Positions 11,285 to 20,856 of a stretch of DNA of 64,000 bases are shown piece after piece. Both the position numbers and the translations under genes were made by a program. Origin of the DNA: Burkholderiales bacterium (GTDB lineage: Bacteria > Pseudomonadota > Gammaproteobacteria > Burkholderiales > Burkholderiaceae_C); assembly GCA_038211805.1 (NCBI GenBank), contig JBBQVF010000007.1, positions 10,177 through 74,176 on the forward strand, written 5' to 3'. A model generated the notes under the pieces. The model was not told the origin of the DNA and did not search any database. It saw only the letters and a list, made by a program, of their open reading frames with translations. Each line of letters starts with the position of its first letter. Position 1 is the stretch's first letter.

Positions 11285-13324
11285 CTAGTTGATGAACGCG
11301 ATCGGTCCGATGTTGAGGAAGGTCGGATAGGACGGCGGCGTGCTGTTCGTCAGGTTGACGTAGTTCAGGTTGCCGCTGCCGGTCAGGCGCACCACGACCG
11401 CACCGACAGCAGACCACAGGCTATCAACGGTGTAGGCGCCGCCGCAATTGGCGGTCAGCACGAAGTCGGTCTTCGCAATGACGTAGTCCGAACCAGCACC
11501 GATCTTCTGCGCCGGCACCGCCTTGGTGATCTCGGGCCGGCCCGACGGGTTGGTGCAAGCGGCATTGGCCGGGCCTTGCAGAACCACGTCCACCTGGGCC
11601 GTGAAGTTGGGCTTCTCCCAGGATTCGGCATCGCCCCAGAACTTCAGTTTGACCTTGGCGTAGGCCGACGCGTCGGCCGTGGTGTTGCCCGGCGCGTTGA
11701 CGTAGCCGCCAAAGTAGGCGTCGGTGTAGGTCGGCGTCGCTGGCCTGCCGATGCCGTAGTAGAAGTTGTACACGCCACCCGGGTTGCACGCAGTGCCGCA
11801 GACCGAACCGTCTTCAAAGACCTTGACGGCAAACAGGCGCGGGTCGACGAAGAAGCCGACAGTACCGCCCTTGTCAGATTTGGCGGTACCGTTGCCCAGG
11901 TTGCCTGAGTAGTCGCTGGAAAAGATGCCGCCCGTGAAGGTATTGCTGCCGCTACCGCCGCCGCCGCCAGCAGCCGTGCCGTGGAAGTGGAGGTTGTCAA
12001 CGTAGATCGTGCCGGCGACATTCGGCTCCAGCTTGACCTGGATGGCCTGCGTCTTGTCGGGCGAGGTGTACAGCGCCAGGTCGATGTCGATCGAATTCCA
12101 GCTGCCCGCCGTCAGGCTCTTGGTGATGCCGTTCTCGGAGCCACCGCCGATCAGCGACACCTTGACGCTGGCCACGTCGGCCGACCAGACGTCCAGGTGC
12201 AGCATGCCCTTCGACGAGACATTCTGAGGACTGGCCGACCAGTCGATGCCTTGGTAGAGCGCGCCGAAGGTGTACTTCAACACCTTGTTGCCCGCAATGG
12301 TGGGTTCGCTGCCGACCACCGGCGGGTTCTGGTTCCAGTTGGGGAAGGCATCCAGGCCGCTGACATTGCCGGCGTCGCTGTAAATCGTCACCGCGCCGGC
12401 CGGAATCACCGTGGTCGGGGCGCAGGTCGGCGCGGTGGTGCCACAACTGACAGGCGCTGCGGCCTTCCAGAAGTAGATGTTGTCCAGGTAGACCTTGCTG
12501 CCACCGGTCGAGACGAGCTTCAGCTCCTTGACTGCGGCCTTGTCCAGCGTGGTGTAGTCGCCGAGGTTGATGTCGAAGCTGTTCCAACCCGCCAGCGTCG
12601 GCGTCAGCTTGACCGACTGCTCGGCGCCACCGGCCAGGACGAAGACATCCAGCGCCGTCAGGTCGGGCGTCCAGACGTCGATGTGGAGCTTGGTCATCGC
12701 CGACACGTCGATCGGCGTGAAGGTGATGCCCTCGTAGTTGAAGGCCGTGTAAAGCTGGGTCTTGTTGCCCGCGATCACGACCTCGCTGACCTGGGTCGAC
12801 TGGCCCCATTCGGGCCGCAGGTTGACGCCGGCGACCGGGGTGTAGGCGTCGCTGTAGATCGACAGCACGTCGGCAGCCAACGCGGTGGGCGTCGCGGCGG
12901 CGGTGGTGGGGTCGGTGGCAGGCGCCATCGTGTCGTAAGCCTGCGAAACCGATGCCGCCACCGCGTTGCCGTTCAAGGCCAGGTCGGTGAACCGCAGCGC
13001 CGCGACGGCGACGTTGATCGCGCCAGTGGCGCCGGCCGCAGGCGTGACCACCAGCGTGTAGTGCAGCGCATCCACCTTGGTCAGCGTGCCGGCGGTGCCG
13101 CCCGTGACGGTGATGTCTTCGGCGACAAAGCTGGTGCCGACGTCTTCGCTGAAGGTGAAGGTGAAGGTCACCGCACCTGCGGCGGTGGCACCCGACACGT
13201 TGTCGGTGATGGCGACGGTGGGCGCCACGGTGTCGGTCGACTCCGCACCGCCGCAAGCCGACAGAAGCAATGAAACCGCCAGCGCGCAGGCCGACAGGGA
13301 GGAGTGCTTGGGATGCTGAGTCAT
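11285..13324 (-). CDS. Lipoprotein with Ig-like domain and two tandem carbohydrate-binding-like modules
   Basis: Lipobox LLSAC-GG; DTVAPTVAIT...FTFSE Ig-like domain; two repeats IYSDA ... LH-x-DVW ... WNS-x-DI ... Y-x-DN; Cys-containing C-terminal domain. Confidence 0.78.
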   Translation of the reverse strand: MTQHPKHSSLSACALAVSLLLSACGGAESTDTVAPTVAITDNVSGATAAGAVTFTFTFSEDVGTSFVAEDITVTGGTAGTLTKVDALHYTLVVTPAAGATGAINVAVAALRFTDLALNGNAVAASVSQAYDTMAPATDPTTAAATPTALAADVLSIYSDAYTPVAGVNLRPEWGQSTQVSEVVIAGNKTQLYTAFNYEGITFTPIDVSAMTKLHIDVWTPDLTALDVFVLAGGAEQSVKLTPTLAGWNSFDINLGDYTTLDKAAVKELKLVSTGGSKVYLDNIYFWKAAAPVSCGTTAPTCAPTTVIPAGAVTIYSDAGNVSGLDAFPNWNQNPPVVGSEPTIAGNKVLKYTFGALYQGIDWSASPQNVSSKGMLHLDVWSADVASVKVSLIGGGSENGITKSLTAGSWNSIDIDLALYTSPDKTQAIQVKLEPNVAGTIYVDNLHFHGTAAGGGGGSGSNTFTGGIFSSDYSGNLGNGTAKSDKGGTVGFFVDPRLFAVKVFEDGSVCGTACNPGGVYNFYYGIGRPATPTYTDAYFGGYVNAPGNTTADASAYAKVKLKFWGDAESWEKPNFTAQVDVVLQGPANAACTNPSGRPEITKAVPAQKIGAGSDYVIAKTDFVLTANCGGAYTVDSLWSAVGAVVVRLTGSGNLNYVNLTNSTPPSYPTFLNIGPIAFIN

Positions 13325-13445
13325 TGCGTGGTTCCTGCTTGCGTGGGGTCGATCCGGGTTCGACGGGGTGGGTGTGGGTCGGGACGTGAAGGTCGGGACA
13401 TCAGAGCCGCCCGACTGCAGCTGGAAACAAAAGGCCGCCGGTGTA

Positions 13446-13459
13446 TGAAAGCGCTTTCA
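13446..13459. promoter_or_regulatory. LacI-type operator 1
   Basis: Perfect palindrome TGAAAGCGCTTTCA, just downstream (minus strand) of TTGCCA-17-TATGCT (13464-13492). Confidence 0.85.
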
Positions 13460-13569
13460 CAACAGCATATGAATGCAGCGGCTGGTTGGCAATAGCGCGG
13501 CATCGTGGATTTCCCTTGGTAGCGCGACAAGGCCGCCCGACTGCAGGGGCAGGGGGCGGTCAGCGTTCA

Positions 13570-15867
13570 TCAGTTCGCACGCGCCAGGTTGCCCGGCGCC
13601 ACGGTCAACACCTTGCCGTCGCTGAACCGCACGGTCAGTGGCGCCGCCGATGCGTTGAAGGCCAGGTAGGTTCTCTGACCGTCGGGGCGCTTGAACACCG
13701 CGTTCAGCGGCGCATCGCCGGTCACGCTGAAGTCAGGCGTGCCCATGGCCTGCAGGCTCAGCATCCAGTGCAGCGTGTGGCTGCGGGTGTCGCCGAGCTC
13801 AACGCTGCCATGGCGGTCCCACATCGCCAGCGCAGCAGCGGGATCGGCCAGCGCGAGGTACTTGACGAAGATGTCCTGCCAGACGTCTTTCGGCACCTCG
13901 GAGTAGCCCTTGCCGCGCGACAGGTAGCGCTCGGTATCGCCCTTGAGCGTGCCGATGTTGCGCAGGATGTAGTTCGGCTCGCGTCCCATGTAGGCGGACG
14001 CTGTGGTCACTGGCAACAAGTTGATGCCCTTGATCTGCCGCGGCTCATCGGTCCACCAGGTGTTGTGGGCGTACTTGCCGCCAAACAGCATGCTGACTTC
14101 GACGTCCTTGTACTCGGGTGCGAAGACCAGGCCGTGGAGGTCGAACCAGTAGTGGTTGATCGCGTCGGCCTCGGTGGCCAGCAGGTAGACGCCCAGGTCG
14201 CGCAGCGCCTGGTTGCCGGTGACCTCGGCCCACAGCACCAGGCCAGCCCACGCATTGATGGCCTCCGACGACGACTCCTGGTTGTTGCCCCAGGCGCCCA
14301 GCCCGATGCCCGAGGCCCAGGAATGGCCCTCGTACGGATCGAAGTTGCGCAGGAACGGGAAGTCGGCGCGGCCGCGCTCGGCGGTGGCGATGTCGGCCAC
14401 CAGCAGGTCGACCATGCCGCCCCACTGGTCTTTGGCGGCCCACCTCGGATCGCGCAGCGCGATCTCGGCCGCGGCACGGATCCAGTAGCCGTAGTGGAAG
14501 TGGTGGTCGTTCATCTGCTCGACCGCGAAAAATTCGTCGGGGTAGGTCACCACGGTGCCGAGCCGCTTGTCGAGGTGGAAGTACGAGGCATTGCTCTGGC
14601 CGCCGAACCAGAACTCCATGCGCTCCTTGGCGATGCCGAGCAACTGATCGCGCCCGGCCAGGTCACCTTGCTGTTCGGCCACGGCCATCAGCTGGGTGGT
14701 GCGGGTCAGGCCCTTGCCCTGCCAATAGGCGCTGACCCGCCAGTTGTCCTTGTTCTCCTTGACCGGAATCAACTCGCGGCGCTTGCGCAGGTCGGCCTTC
14801 AATTGATCGGTCAGTTGATCGAGCCGTGGGCCGGCTGGCACCGCCGGCCAGTGCGGCACGAAGCCGTTGTAGGCGGTGGTGACCTCGAAGCGCGGCGCCG
14901 CCAGCAGGCGGATCTTGCCGCGGATGGTGTCGAACGCCGGCCCCAGCTTGTCGGCCACCGAGGCGTTGTTGAACCACTGGTGCGGGTACAGGCCCAGCAG
15001 CGGGCCGTTGTCGGCACCCTCCATCACCTGCGTGCTGGCCGTGAAGCTGCTGACCACGCGGCTGGCCGCGGCGTCGTAGCGCCAGTCGACCCGCGTGTCC
15101 TTCAGGAAGGCATAGGCATGGCGGGTGAACAGCGTCAGCGTCTCGGCCTTGTCGTCGGGCAGCGCCGCAGCCGACACATAGCCCTTGCCGGCAGGCAGGC
15201 GGCCGATCCACTCGGTCGGCGAGACCTGCTCCCAGACCACCCCGGTGGGGCCGAACATGGCATAGGTCTTGCCGCCGACGCGAAGCGCCAGGGCGCGGCC
15301 GTCGACAGCTGCGTGCAGCCGTTCGCCGGCCGCCGGCAGGCGCAGGCGCACATCGCCGCGGGAAATCCTGATCTGCGCGTAGGGGCTGCCATGGGCCACG
15401 GTGACGGTCATGTCGTCGGCGCCCTGCCCCATCGCGATGTCGATCGACCAGTCGCTGGCGTTGGCCAGCTTGGCCGGTCCGACCGCAAAGGCCACTGGCG
15501 AGACCACGATCGGGTCACGATGCGGGTAGTGGATCTCGACATCCTTGCGCTCGGTGGGCACCACGGTCTTGGACGGCAGCGCCAGTTCCAGCCCGGCCTT
15601 GGTGGTGCGCACTGTCAGCGGTTGCACGAACAGCGCCTCCGGCTCGGCGGCGAACAGCAGGGTCGAATACCACTGGTTGGTGGGTGCTGCACGCTTCATC
15701 ATCGCCTCGGTGCGGCCGGTGGCCGCGGGCGGCGCGGCGTCCTTCCCCTTCGGTGCCAGGTAGTAGGTGCCAGCACCCAGCTTGACGGGCTGGGCCGCCA
15801 CACCGGCGCTTGCCATCAGGCCGAGAACAATGAACAGGATGCTGGGCAGGGCGCGGGCTGTTGACAC
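13570..15867 (-). CDS. GH81 endo-beta-1,3-glucanase, secreted
   Basis: PTNQWY, MNDHHFHYGYWI, RNFDPYEGHSWASG and NNQESSSEA motifs; signal peptide; AAGGA RBS. Confidence 0.9.
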   Translation of the reverse strand: MSTARALPSILFIVLGLMASAGVAAQPVKLGAGTYYLAPKGKDAAPPAATGRTEAMMKRAAPTNQWYSTLLFAAEPEALFVQPLTVRTTKAGLELALPSKTVVPTERKDVEIHYPHRDPIVVSPVAFAVGPAKLANASDWSIDIAMGQGADDMTVTVAHGSPYAQIRISRGDVRLRLPAAGERLHAAVDGRALALRVGGKTYAMFGPTGVVWEQVSPTEWIGRLPAGKGYVSAAALPDDKAETLTLFTRHAYAFLKDTRVDWRYDAAASRVVSSFTASTQVMEGADNGPLLGLYPHQWFNNASVADKLGPAFDTIRGKIRLLAAPRFEVTTAYNGFVPHWPAVPAGPRLDQLTDQLKADLRKRRELIPVKENKDNWRVSAYWQGKGLTRTTQLMAVAEQQGDLAGRDQLLGIAKERMEFWFGGQSNASYFHLDKRLGTVVTYPDEFFAVEQMNDHHFHYGYWIRAAAEIALRDPRWAAKDQWGGMVDLLVADIATAERGRADFPFLRNFDPYEGHSWASGIGLGAWGNNQESSSEAINAWAGLVLWAEVTGNQALRDLGVYLLATEADAINHYWFDLHGLVFAPEYKDVEVSMLFGGKYAHNTWWTDEPRQIKGINLLPVTTASAYMGREPNYILRNIGTLKGDTERYLSRGKGYSEVPKDVWQDIFVKYLALADPAAALAMWDRHGSVELGDTRSHTLHWMLSLQAMGTPDFSVTGDAPLNAVFKRPDGQRTYLAFNASAAPLTVRFSDGKVLTVAPGNLARAN

Positions 15868-15912
15868 GGAAAGGTCCTTCGCGGCAGTCGTTTGCTGTCG
15901 CTGCGGATGGTA

Positions 15913-15928
15913 GTGAAAGCGCTTTCAC
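15913..15928. promoter_or_regulatory. LacI-type operator 2
   Basis: 16-bp perfect palindrome GTGAAAGCGCTTTCAC upstream of the GH81 gene, next to a -10-like TACCAT on the minus strand. Confidence 0.85.
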
Positions 15929-16122
15929 GATTGACCTCAGGTTTACCCGCGCCGCGGGCTTCCCCGCAGCCGCGCTGACGGGGTGATTCGCGCAGGCGCT
16001 GCGTTCAACGCCGGGGCCGCACGGAGGACTCGCCGCGTGCTCGGATTTCAATCGAGGGAAAACACGGTCCTCGCCGAGATTGACGGCCGGGGGCCCGATC
16101 CCCTACCCTCGCCAATCGGTGT

Positions 16123-16136
16123 TGAAAGCGCTTTCA
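16123..16136. promoter_or_regulatory. LacI-type operator 3
   Basis: TGAAAGCGCTTTCA downstream of TTGACG-18-TACCCT (16080-16109), upstream of the porin-like gene. Confidence 0.85.
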
Positions 16137-16192
16137 CGTTTGAGGCTTTCCTCGCCGTCTCTTGTCCTGGTTCCACCATCGCGACGCACACC

Positions 16193-17587
16193 ATGAAACT
16201 CCAAATCTCCCAGCGCCGACCCCTGGCGACGACGGCACCCCGGCGCGGTCTGCTGTACACGGCGCTGGCCACCGCTGCGCTGCTGCCGGCCGCGGCCAGC
16301 CATGCGGTGGACTTCGGGCCGCTGAGCATCAACGGCTTCGCGAAGGTCGAGGCGACGCACAACTCGAACAACTGCCCGAATTGCCAGAAGTTCCCGGAAG
16401 AGAACAAGCAGCGTTACTGGGCCGATGAGTTGGTGCCGGGTGCCGAGTTCAAAAGCCGCGGCCTGCACACCACGCTGATCCAGCCCTATTTCGGCTTGAA
16501 GTTCGACCTGGGCGGCGGTTTCAAGCTGTCGGGCCTGCTCAGCCAGCGCTGGCGCGACGGCAAAGAGGACATTCCCGGCTTCCTGTACGAGAAGAACATC
16601 GCGCTCAGCCACGAGGCCTACGGCAGCCTGCGCGTCGGGGCGATGACCACCCGCACCTGGAGCATTGCCGACTACCCGTACGGCAGCAATGTCGGTCTGT
16701 CCGACGTCTGGGGCTCGGCCGGCGCCGGCTACGGGCTGCTGACCAAGGCGATCCGCTACACCGCGCGCCCGCTCGACGTGCTGGAAGGCGACCTGGTGCT
16801 GGAAGCCACCTACGACATGGGCAACACCGACTTCAAGATCAACAAGCCGCAGTTCTGGGAGTTCTATGCCCAGTTCCACCGCGGTGATCTGGTGATCGAT
16901 GCCACCTACCAGGACACCCGCAACGGCACGCCGTCGGCCTGGACCCACGGGCCCTTCACCGGCCTGACGCCGTTCTCCGAAGACGACGCCAAACTCGGCA
17001 GTTCGGGCCAGAGCGTGGCCTTGGTGATGGCCCGCTACCAGATGACGCCGCAATGGGAAATCTCGGGTGGCTTGAAGCACAGCCGCTGGAGCGGTGCCTT
17101 CGCGACGATCACCAGTTTCCAGAACAACAATGCCCAGTGGAACAGCATGTTCAACGTCGACTGGACCAAGGACCTGGGCGGCGGCGTCTACCGCGGCTAT
17201 TCGGCCAGTTCCACCGACGTGCTGCTGGGCCTGCGCTACCGCATGGGCCAATGGGTGGCGGCCACCGGCATGACTTACCTGGGCACCGCCAGCACCGACA
17301 ACCCGACCGAGAGCGGCCAAAGCAACTCGGTGACCTGGAACACGGTGCAGTTGACCTATGAATTCGCAGGCGCGCTGCGCGGCCTGCAGGTCTACGGCAT
17401 GGGCGGCTACGTCCGCTATGGCCTGGATGCCGTTTCCAGCGGTTGCAACGGCCAACCCGACCGCGTTGCGGGCACCTGCAGCCTGGCGCCGATATCGATG
17501 CCCGGCAACACCGCGTTCACCAATGTCGACTCCCGGGTGGCCCGCAGCGGCAACTACGTCGGCGTCGGCGTCGTGTACGCCTTCTGA
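16193..17587 (+). CDS. Porin-like outer-membrane beta-barrel
   Basis: Signal peptide ending ASHA; YGSLRVG and AIRY segments resembling Gram-negative porins; C-terminal VGVVYAF; ~460 aa with no plug domain evident. Confidence 0.72.
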   Translation: MKLQISQRRPLATTAPRRGLLYTALATAALLPAAASHAVDFGPLSINGFAKVEATHNSNNCPNCQKFPEENKQRYWADELVPGAEFKSRGLHTTLIQPYFGLKFDLGGGFKLSGLLSQRWRDGKEDIPGFLYEKNIALSHEAYGSLRVGAMTTRTWSIADYPYGSNVGLSDVWGSAGAGYGLLTKAIRYTARPLDVLEGDLVLEATYDMGNTDFKINKPQFWEFYAQFHRGDLVIDATYQDTRNGTPSAWTHGPFTGLTPFSEDDAKLGSSGQSVALVMARYQMTPQWEISGGLKHSRWSGAFATITSFQNNNAQWNSMFNVDWTKDLGGGVYRGYSASSTDVLLGLRYRMGQWVAATGMTYLGTASTDNPTESGQSNSVTWNTVQLTYEFAGALRGLQVYGMGGYVRYGLDAVSSGCNGQPDRVAGTCSLAPISMPGNTAFTNVDSRVARSGNYVGVGVVYAF

Positions 17588-17613
17588 GTCGGGTCCGACC
17601 GAGGTCCAAAGCC

Positions 17614-19467
17614 ATGAAATCCACCGGTTCGAACACCATGCCCGTCACAACTGCCCCTCCACTTCGCGCGCTGCTTGCCTGGGTGCTGGCCACGGTCATG
17701 GCCTGTCTGCTCGCTGCCTGCGGCGGCGGCGGCACTGTCCCGCCTTCAGGGGTCGACATCCGCCCGTTGAGCGCCGACTTCAGCAGCCGCAAGGCCGTGG
17801 CCTATTCGCCGTTTCGCAGCGGCAATCGCGACACAGAAGAGATCACCGACGAGATGGTGCGCGAGGATCTGGCGCTGCTGGCGCAGGGTGGCTTCACGCT
17901 GCTGCGGGTGTTCGACAGCTCCGACAAGGTGGCCGCTCGGCTGCTGCGCATCATTGCCGCAGACAAGCTCGACTTCAAGGTCATGCTGGGTGCCTACATC
18001 TTCAGCGAGGTGGAGAACCCCCGCACCACTGCGCAGGTGGCAGCCAACAAGAAGTTCAACCAGGAAGAGACCGACCGCGCGGTGAAGCTGGCCAACGACT
18101 ACAAGAACATCGTGCTGGCCGTCAGCGTGGGCAACGAGACGCTTGTGTCCTGGAGCGGCTATGCGATCGCCTCGACGCCTGGCGTGGTCGCCGGCTACAT
18201 CAAGTCGGTGCGCGATCGCGTCACCCAGCCGCTGACCACCGATGACAACTGGGCCTTCTTCGCCGGCAACAGCTCGGAACGGAACCGGCCGCGCCTGGTG
18301 ATCGACGCCGTCGACTTCGTCTCGATGCACACCTACCCGCTGCTCGACACCGTGCCGCCGGCGGTGCCCAACTGGGACTGGCAGCAGCAAGCCGTGCCCG
18401 AAGCCCAGCGCGCCGTGGCGATGATGGATGCCGCCATTGCCGCCGCCAAGAGCGAATACGCCGCGGTCCGTGCCCACCTCGACAGCCTGGGCCAGCAGGC
18501 CAAGCCGATCATCGTCGGCGAGACCGGCTGGAAGGCCGTGCCGGTGGGCAACACCGCCAACCGCGCCCATCCGGTCAATCAGAAGATGTACATCGACCGC
18601 CTGAACGCCTGGGGCAAAGACGCCAAGACCAGCGGTGCCGGCCCGGTCAGCATCGTCTACTTCGAGGCCTTCGACGAGCCCTGGAAGGGCGACGACGACA
18701 AGTGGGGACTGTTCACCGTCGCGCGCAAGGCCCGCTACGTGATCCAGGATCCGGCGCTGTACGCCGCCAGCCAGTGGGACGTGCCGCCCACCTACACCCA
18801 AGCCGACGCGGTCTACGCGCCCACCATCGTCGACAACGTCGTCACGGCCAACCGCTACACGCTGTACTCCGACACGGTCACGGCCGGTGAGGTGCGGGTC
18901 GACGCGATTCCCAGGGCGGCGCTGCTGGAGGACCTGAAGCTTCGGTTCTTCGGCTGGGACAGCCCGGCCACCGCCTTTGCCGGCGAGTTCGTCGGCACGG
19001 CTGCCGATGGGGAGGGCTTGCACTACCTCGAGGTCGGCCCCTCGCCCGCCAGCTACGGTTGGGGCTTGTTCGCCACCAGCAGCAGTTCCACCGACCTGAG
19101 TCAATTTGAAGCTGCCGGTCGCCTGAATTTCCGCATCAAGACGGCTTACCCCGGCGAGCTGCGTTTCGGCTTCCTGACCGGCAGCGGCAACACGGCCTAC
19201 GACGTGTACCTGACGCTCAGCAACACCAATGCCGACGGCTACGGCTTCGTCAACGACGGCCAGTGGCACGAGGTGTCGATCCCGATCAGCGCCCTCAAGG
19301 TCGGCGGTGCGCCGTCATTCGGCAACACGGCACAACTGGCGAAGTTCGATCTGACCAAGGTCACCAACCCGTTCGTCGTCAACGACGTCTACGACTTCAC
19401 CGGCAACACGACGATCAAGGGCAACAAGACGCCGGTCTTCATCGACAACATTCACTGGTCGAAGTAG
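17614..19467 (+). CDS. GH17 beta-1,3-glucanase lipoprotein with C-terminal CBM-like domain
   Basis: Lipobox LLAAC-GGGG; SVGNE, VGETGWK and YFEAFDEPWK motifs; C-terminal domain with WHEVSIP ... FIDNIHW. Confidence 0.85.
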   Translation: MKSTGSNTMPVTTAPPLRALLAWVLATVMACLLAACGGGGTVPPSGVDIRPLSADFSSRKAVAYSPFRSGNRDTEEITDEMVREDLALLAQGGFTLLRVFDSSDKVAARLLRIIAADKLDFKVMLGAYIFSEVENPRTTAQVAANKKFNQEETDRAVKLANDYKNIVLAVSVGNETLVSWSGYAIASTPGVVAGYIKSVRDRVTQPLTTDDNWAFFAGNSSERNRPRLVIDAVDFVSMHTYPLLDTVPPAVPNWDWQQQAVPEAQRAVAMMDAAIAAAKSEYAAVRAHLDSLGQQAKPIIVGETGWKAVPVGNTANRAHPVNQKMYIDRLNAWGKDAKTSGAGPVSIVYFEAFDEPWKGDDDKWGLFTVARKARYVIQDPALYAASQWDVPPTYTQADAVYAPTIVDNVVTANRYTLYSDTVTAGEVRVDAIPRAALLEDLKLRFFGWDSPATAFAGEFVGTAADGEGLHYLEVGPSPASYGWGLFATSSSSTDLSQFEAAGRLNFRIKTAYPGELRFGFLTGSGNTAYDVYLTLSNTNADGYGFVNDGQWHEVSIPISALKVGGAPSFGNTAQLAKFDLTKVTNPFVVNDVYDFTGNTTIKGNKTPVFIDNIHWSK

Positions 19468-19494
19468 GTCGCGCACGCCGGACTCACGCTGCCC

Positions 19495-20793
19495 ATGCCC
19501 GCACCCGCGACCGCACCCGAATCGGCCAATTCGCTGGCCCAGCAGCTCGATTTGCCCAAGCGCGCCATCGCGCTGGTGCTGGCAGGCGGGCGCGGCAGCC
19601 GGCTGAAGGAACTGACCGACCGGCGTGCCAAGCCGGCGGTCTACTTCGGCGGCAAGTTCCGCATCGTCGACTTCGCCCTCAGCAACTGCCTGAACTCGGG
19701 CATCCGCCGCATCGGCGTGATCACCCAGTACAAGAGCCACAGCCTGCTGCGCCATCTGCAGCGCGGCTGGGCCTTCCTGAAGAGCGAAATGAACGAGTTC
19801 GTCGACCTGCTGCCGGCCCAGCAGCGGATGGACGAGGAAACCTGGTACCGCGGCACCGCCGACGCGGTGTCGCAGAACCAGGACATCCTGGATGGCTACG
19901 AGGCCGAGTACGTGGTGGTGCTGGGCGGTGACCACATATACAAGATGAACTACGCGCTGATGCTGGCCGACCACGTGGCCAAGGGCCGGCCCTGCTCGGT
20001 GGCCTGCATCGAAGTGCCGCGCGACGAAGCCAAGGCCTTCGGCGTGGTGGCGGTCGACGCGAACTGGCACATCACCGACTTCGTCGAGAAGCCCGCCGAG
20101 CCGCCCTGTGTGCCCGGCCGCAGCGACCGATCGCTGGCCAGCATGGGCATCTACATCTTCGATGCCGCCTACCTGTATGCCGAACTGGCCCGCGACATGG
20201 CCGACCCGAACTCGAGCCACGATTTCGGCAAGGACATCATCCCGCGCGCGGTGAAAGCCGGCCAGGCGTCGGCCCATCCGTTCGCGCTGAGCTGCGTCGG
20301 CGGCACACCGGGCGAGGCGCCGTACTGGCGCGACGTCGGCACGATCGACTCGTACTGGGACGCCAACATCGATCTCACCGCGACCGATCCGCTGCTCAAC
20401 CTCTACGACACGCGCTGGCCGATCTGGACTTATCAGCCACAGCTGGCGCCGGCCAAGTTCGTGCACAACCAGCCCGATCGGCGCGGCGCGGCGGTCGAAT
20501 CCCTGGTGTCGGGTGGCTGCATCGTCTCGGGCCAGGTGCTGCGCTCGGTGCTGTTCTCGGCGGTGCGGGTGCACTCCCATGCGCGGGTCGAATGGTCGGT
20601 GCTGCTGCCTGGGGTCGAGGTCGGGCGCCACGCCCACTTGAACCGGGTGGTGGTCGATCGCGGCTGCCACATCCCCGACGGCCTGGCGGTCGGCGTCGAC
20701 GCCGCGCACGATGCCGCCCGCTTCCACCGCACCGACAACGGCATCACGCTGGTCACGGCGGCGATGCTGGCGCGGCTGACCGCCGCTGCATGA
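19495..20793 (+). CDS. glgC: Glucose-1-phosphate adenylyltransferase (copy 1)
   Basis: [38 protein letters not shown] and YWRDVGT motifs. Confidence 0.95.
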   Translation: MPAPATAPESANSLAQQLDLPKRAIALVLAGGRGSRLKELTDRRAKPAVYFGGKFRIVDFALSNCLNSGIRRIGVITQYKSHSLLRHLQRGWAFLKSEMNEFVDLLPAQQRMDEETWYRGTADAVSQNQDILDGYEAEYVVVLGGDHIYKMNYALMLADHVAKGRPCSVACIEVPRDEAKAFGVVAVDANWHITDFVEKPAEPPCVPGRSDRSLASMGIYIFDAAYLYAELARDMADPNSSHDFGKDIIPRAVKAGQASAHPFALSCVGGTPGEAPYWRDVGTIDSYWDANIDLTATDPLLNLYDTRWPIWTYQPQLAPAKFVHNQPDRRGAAVESLVSGGCIVSGQVLRSVLFSAVRVHSHARVEWSVLLPGVEVGRHAHLNRVVVDRGCHIPDGLAVGVDAAHDAARFHRTDNGITLVTAAMLARLTAAA

Positions 20794-20856
20794 GGCCCGC
20801 CGCAACAGCAGGCCACACCGGCCTGGTGAGCAGCTGCGCATGAAAGGCGCCCGCTG

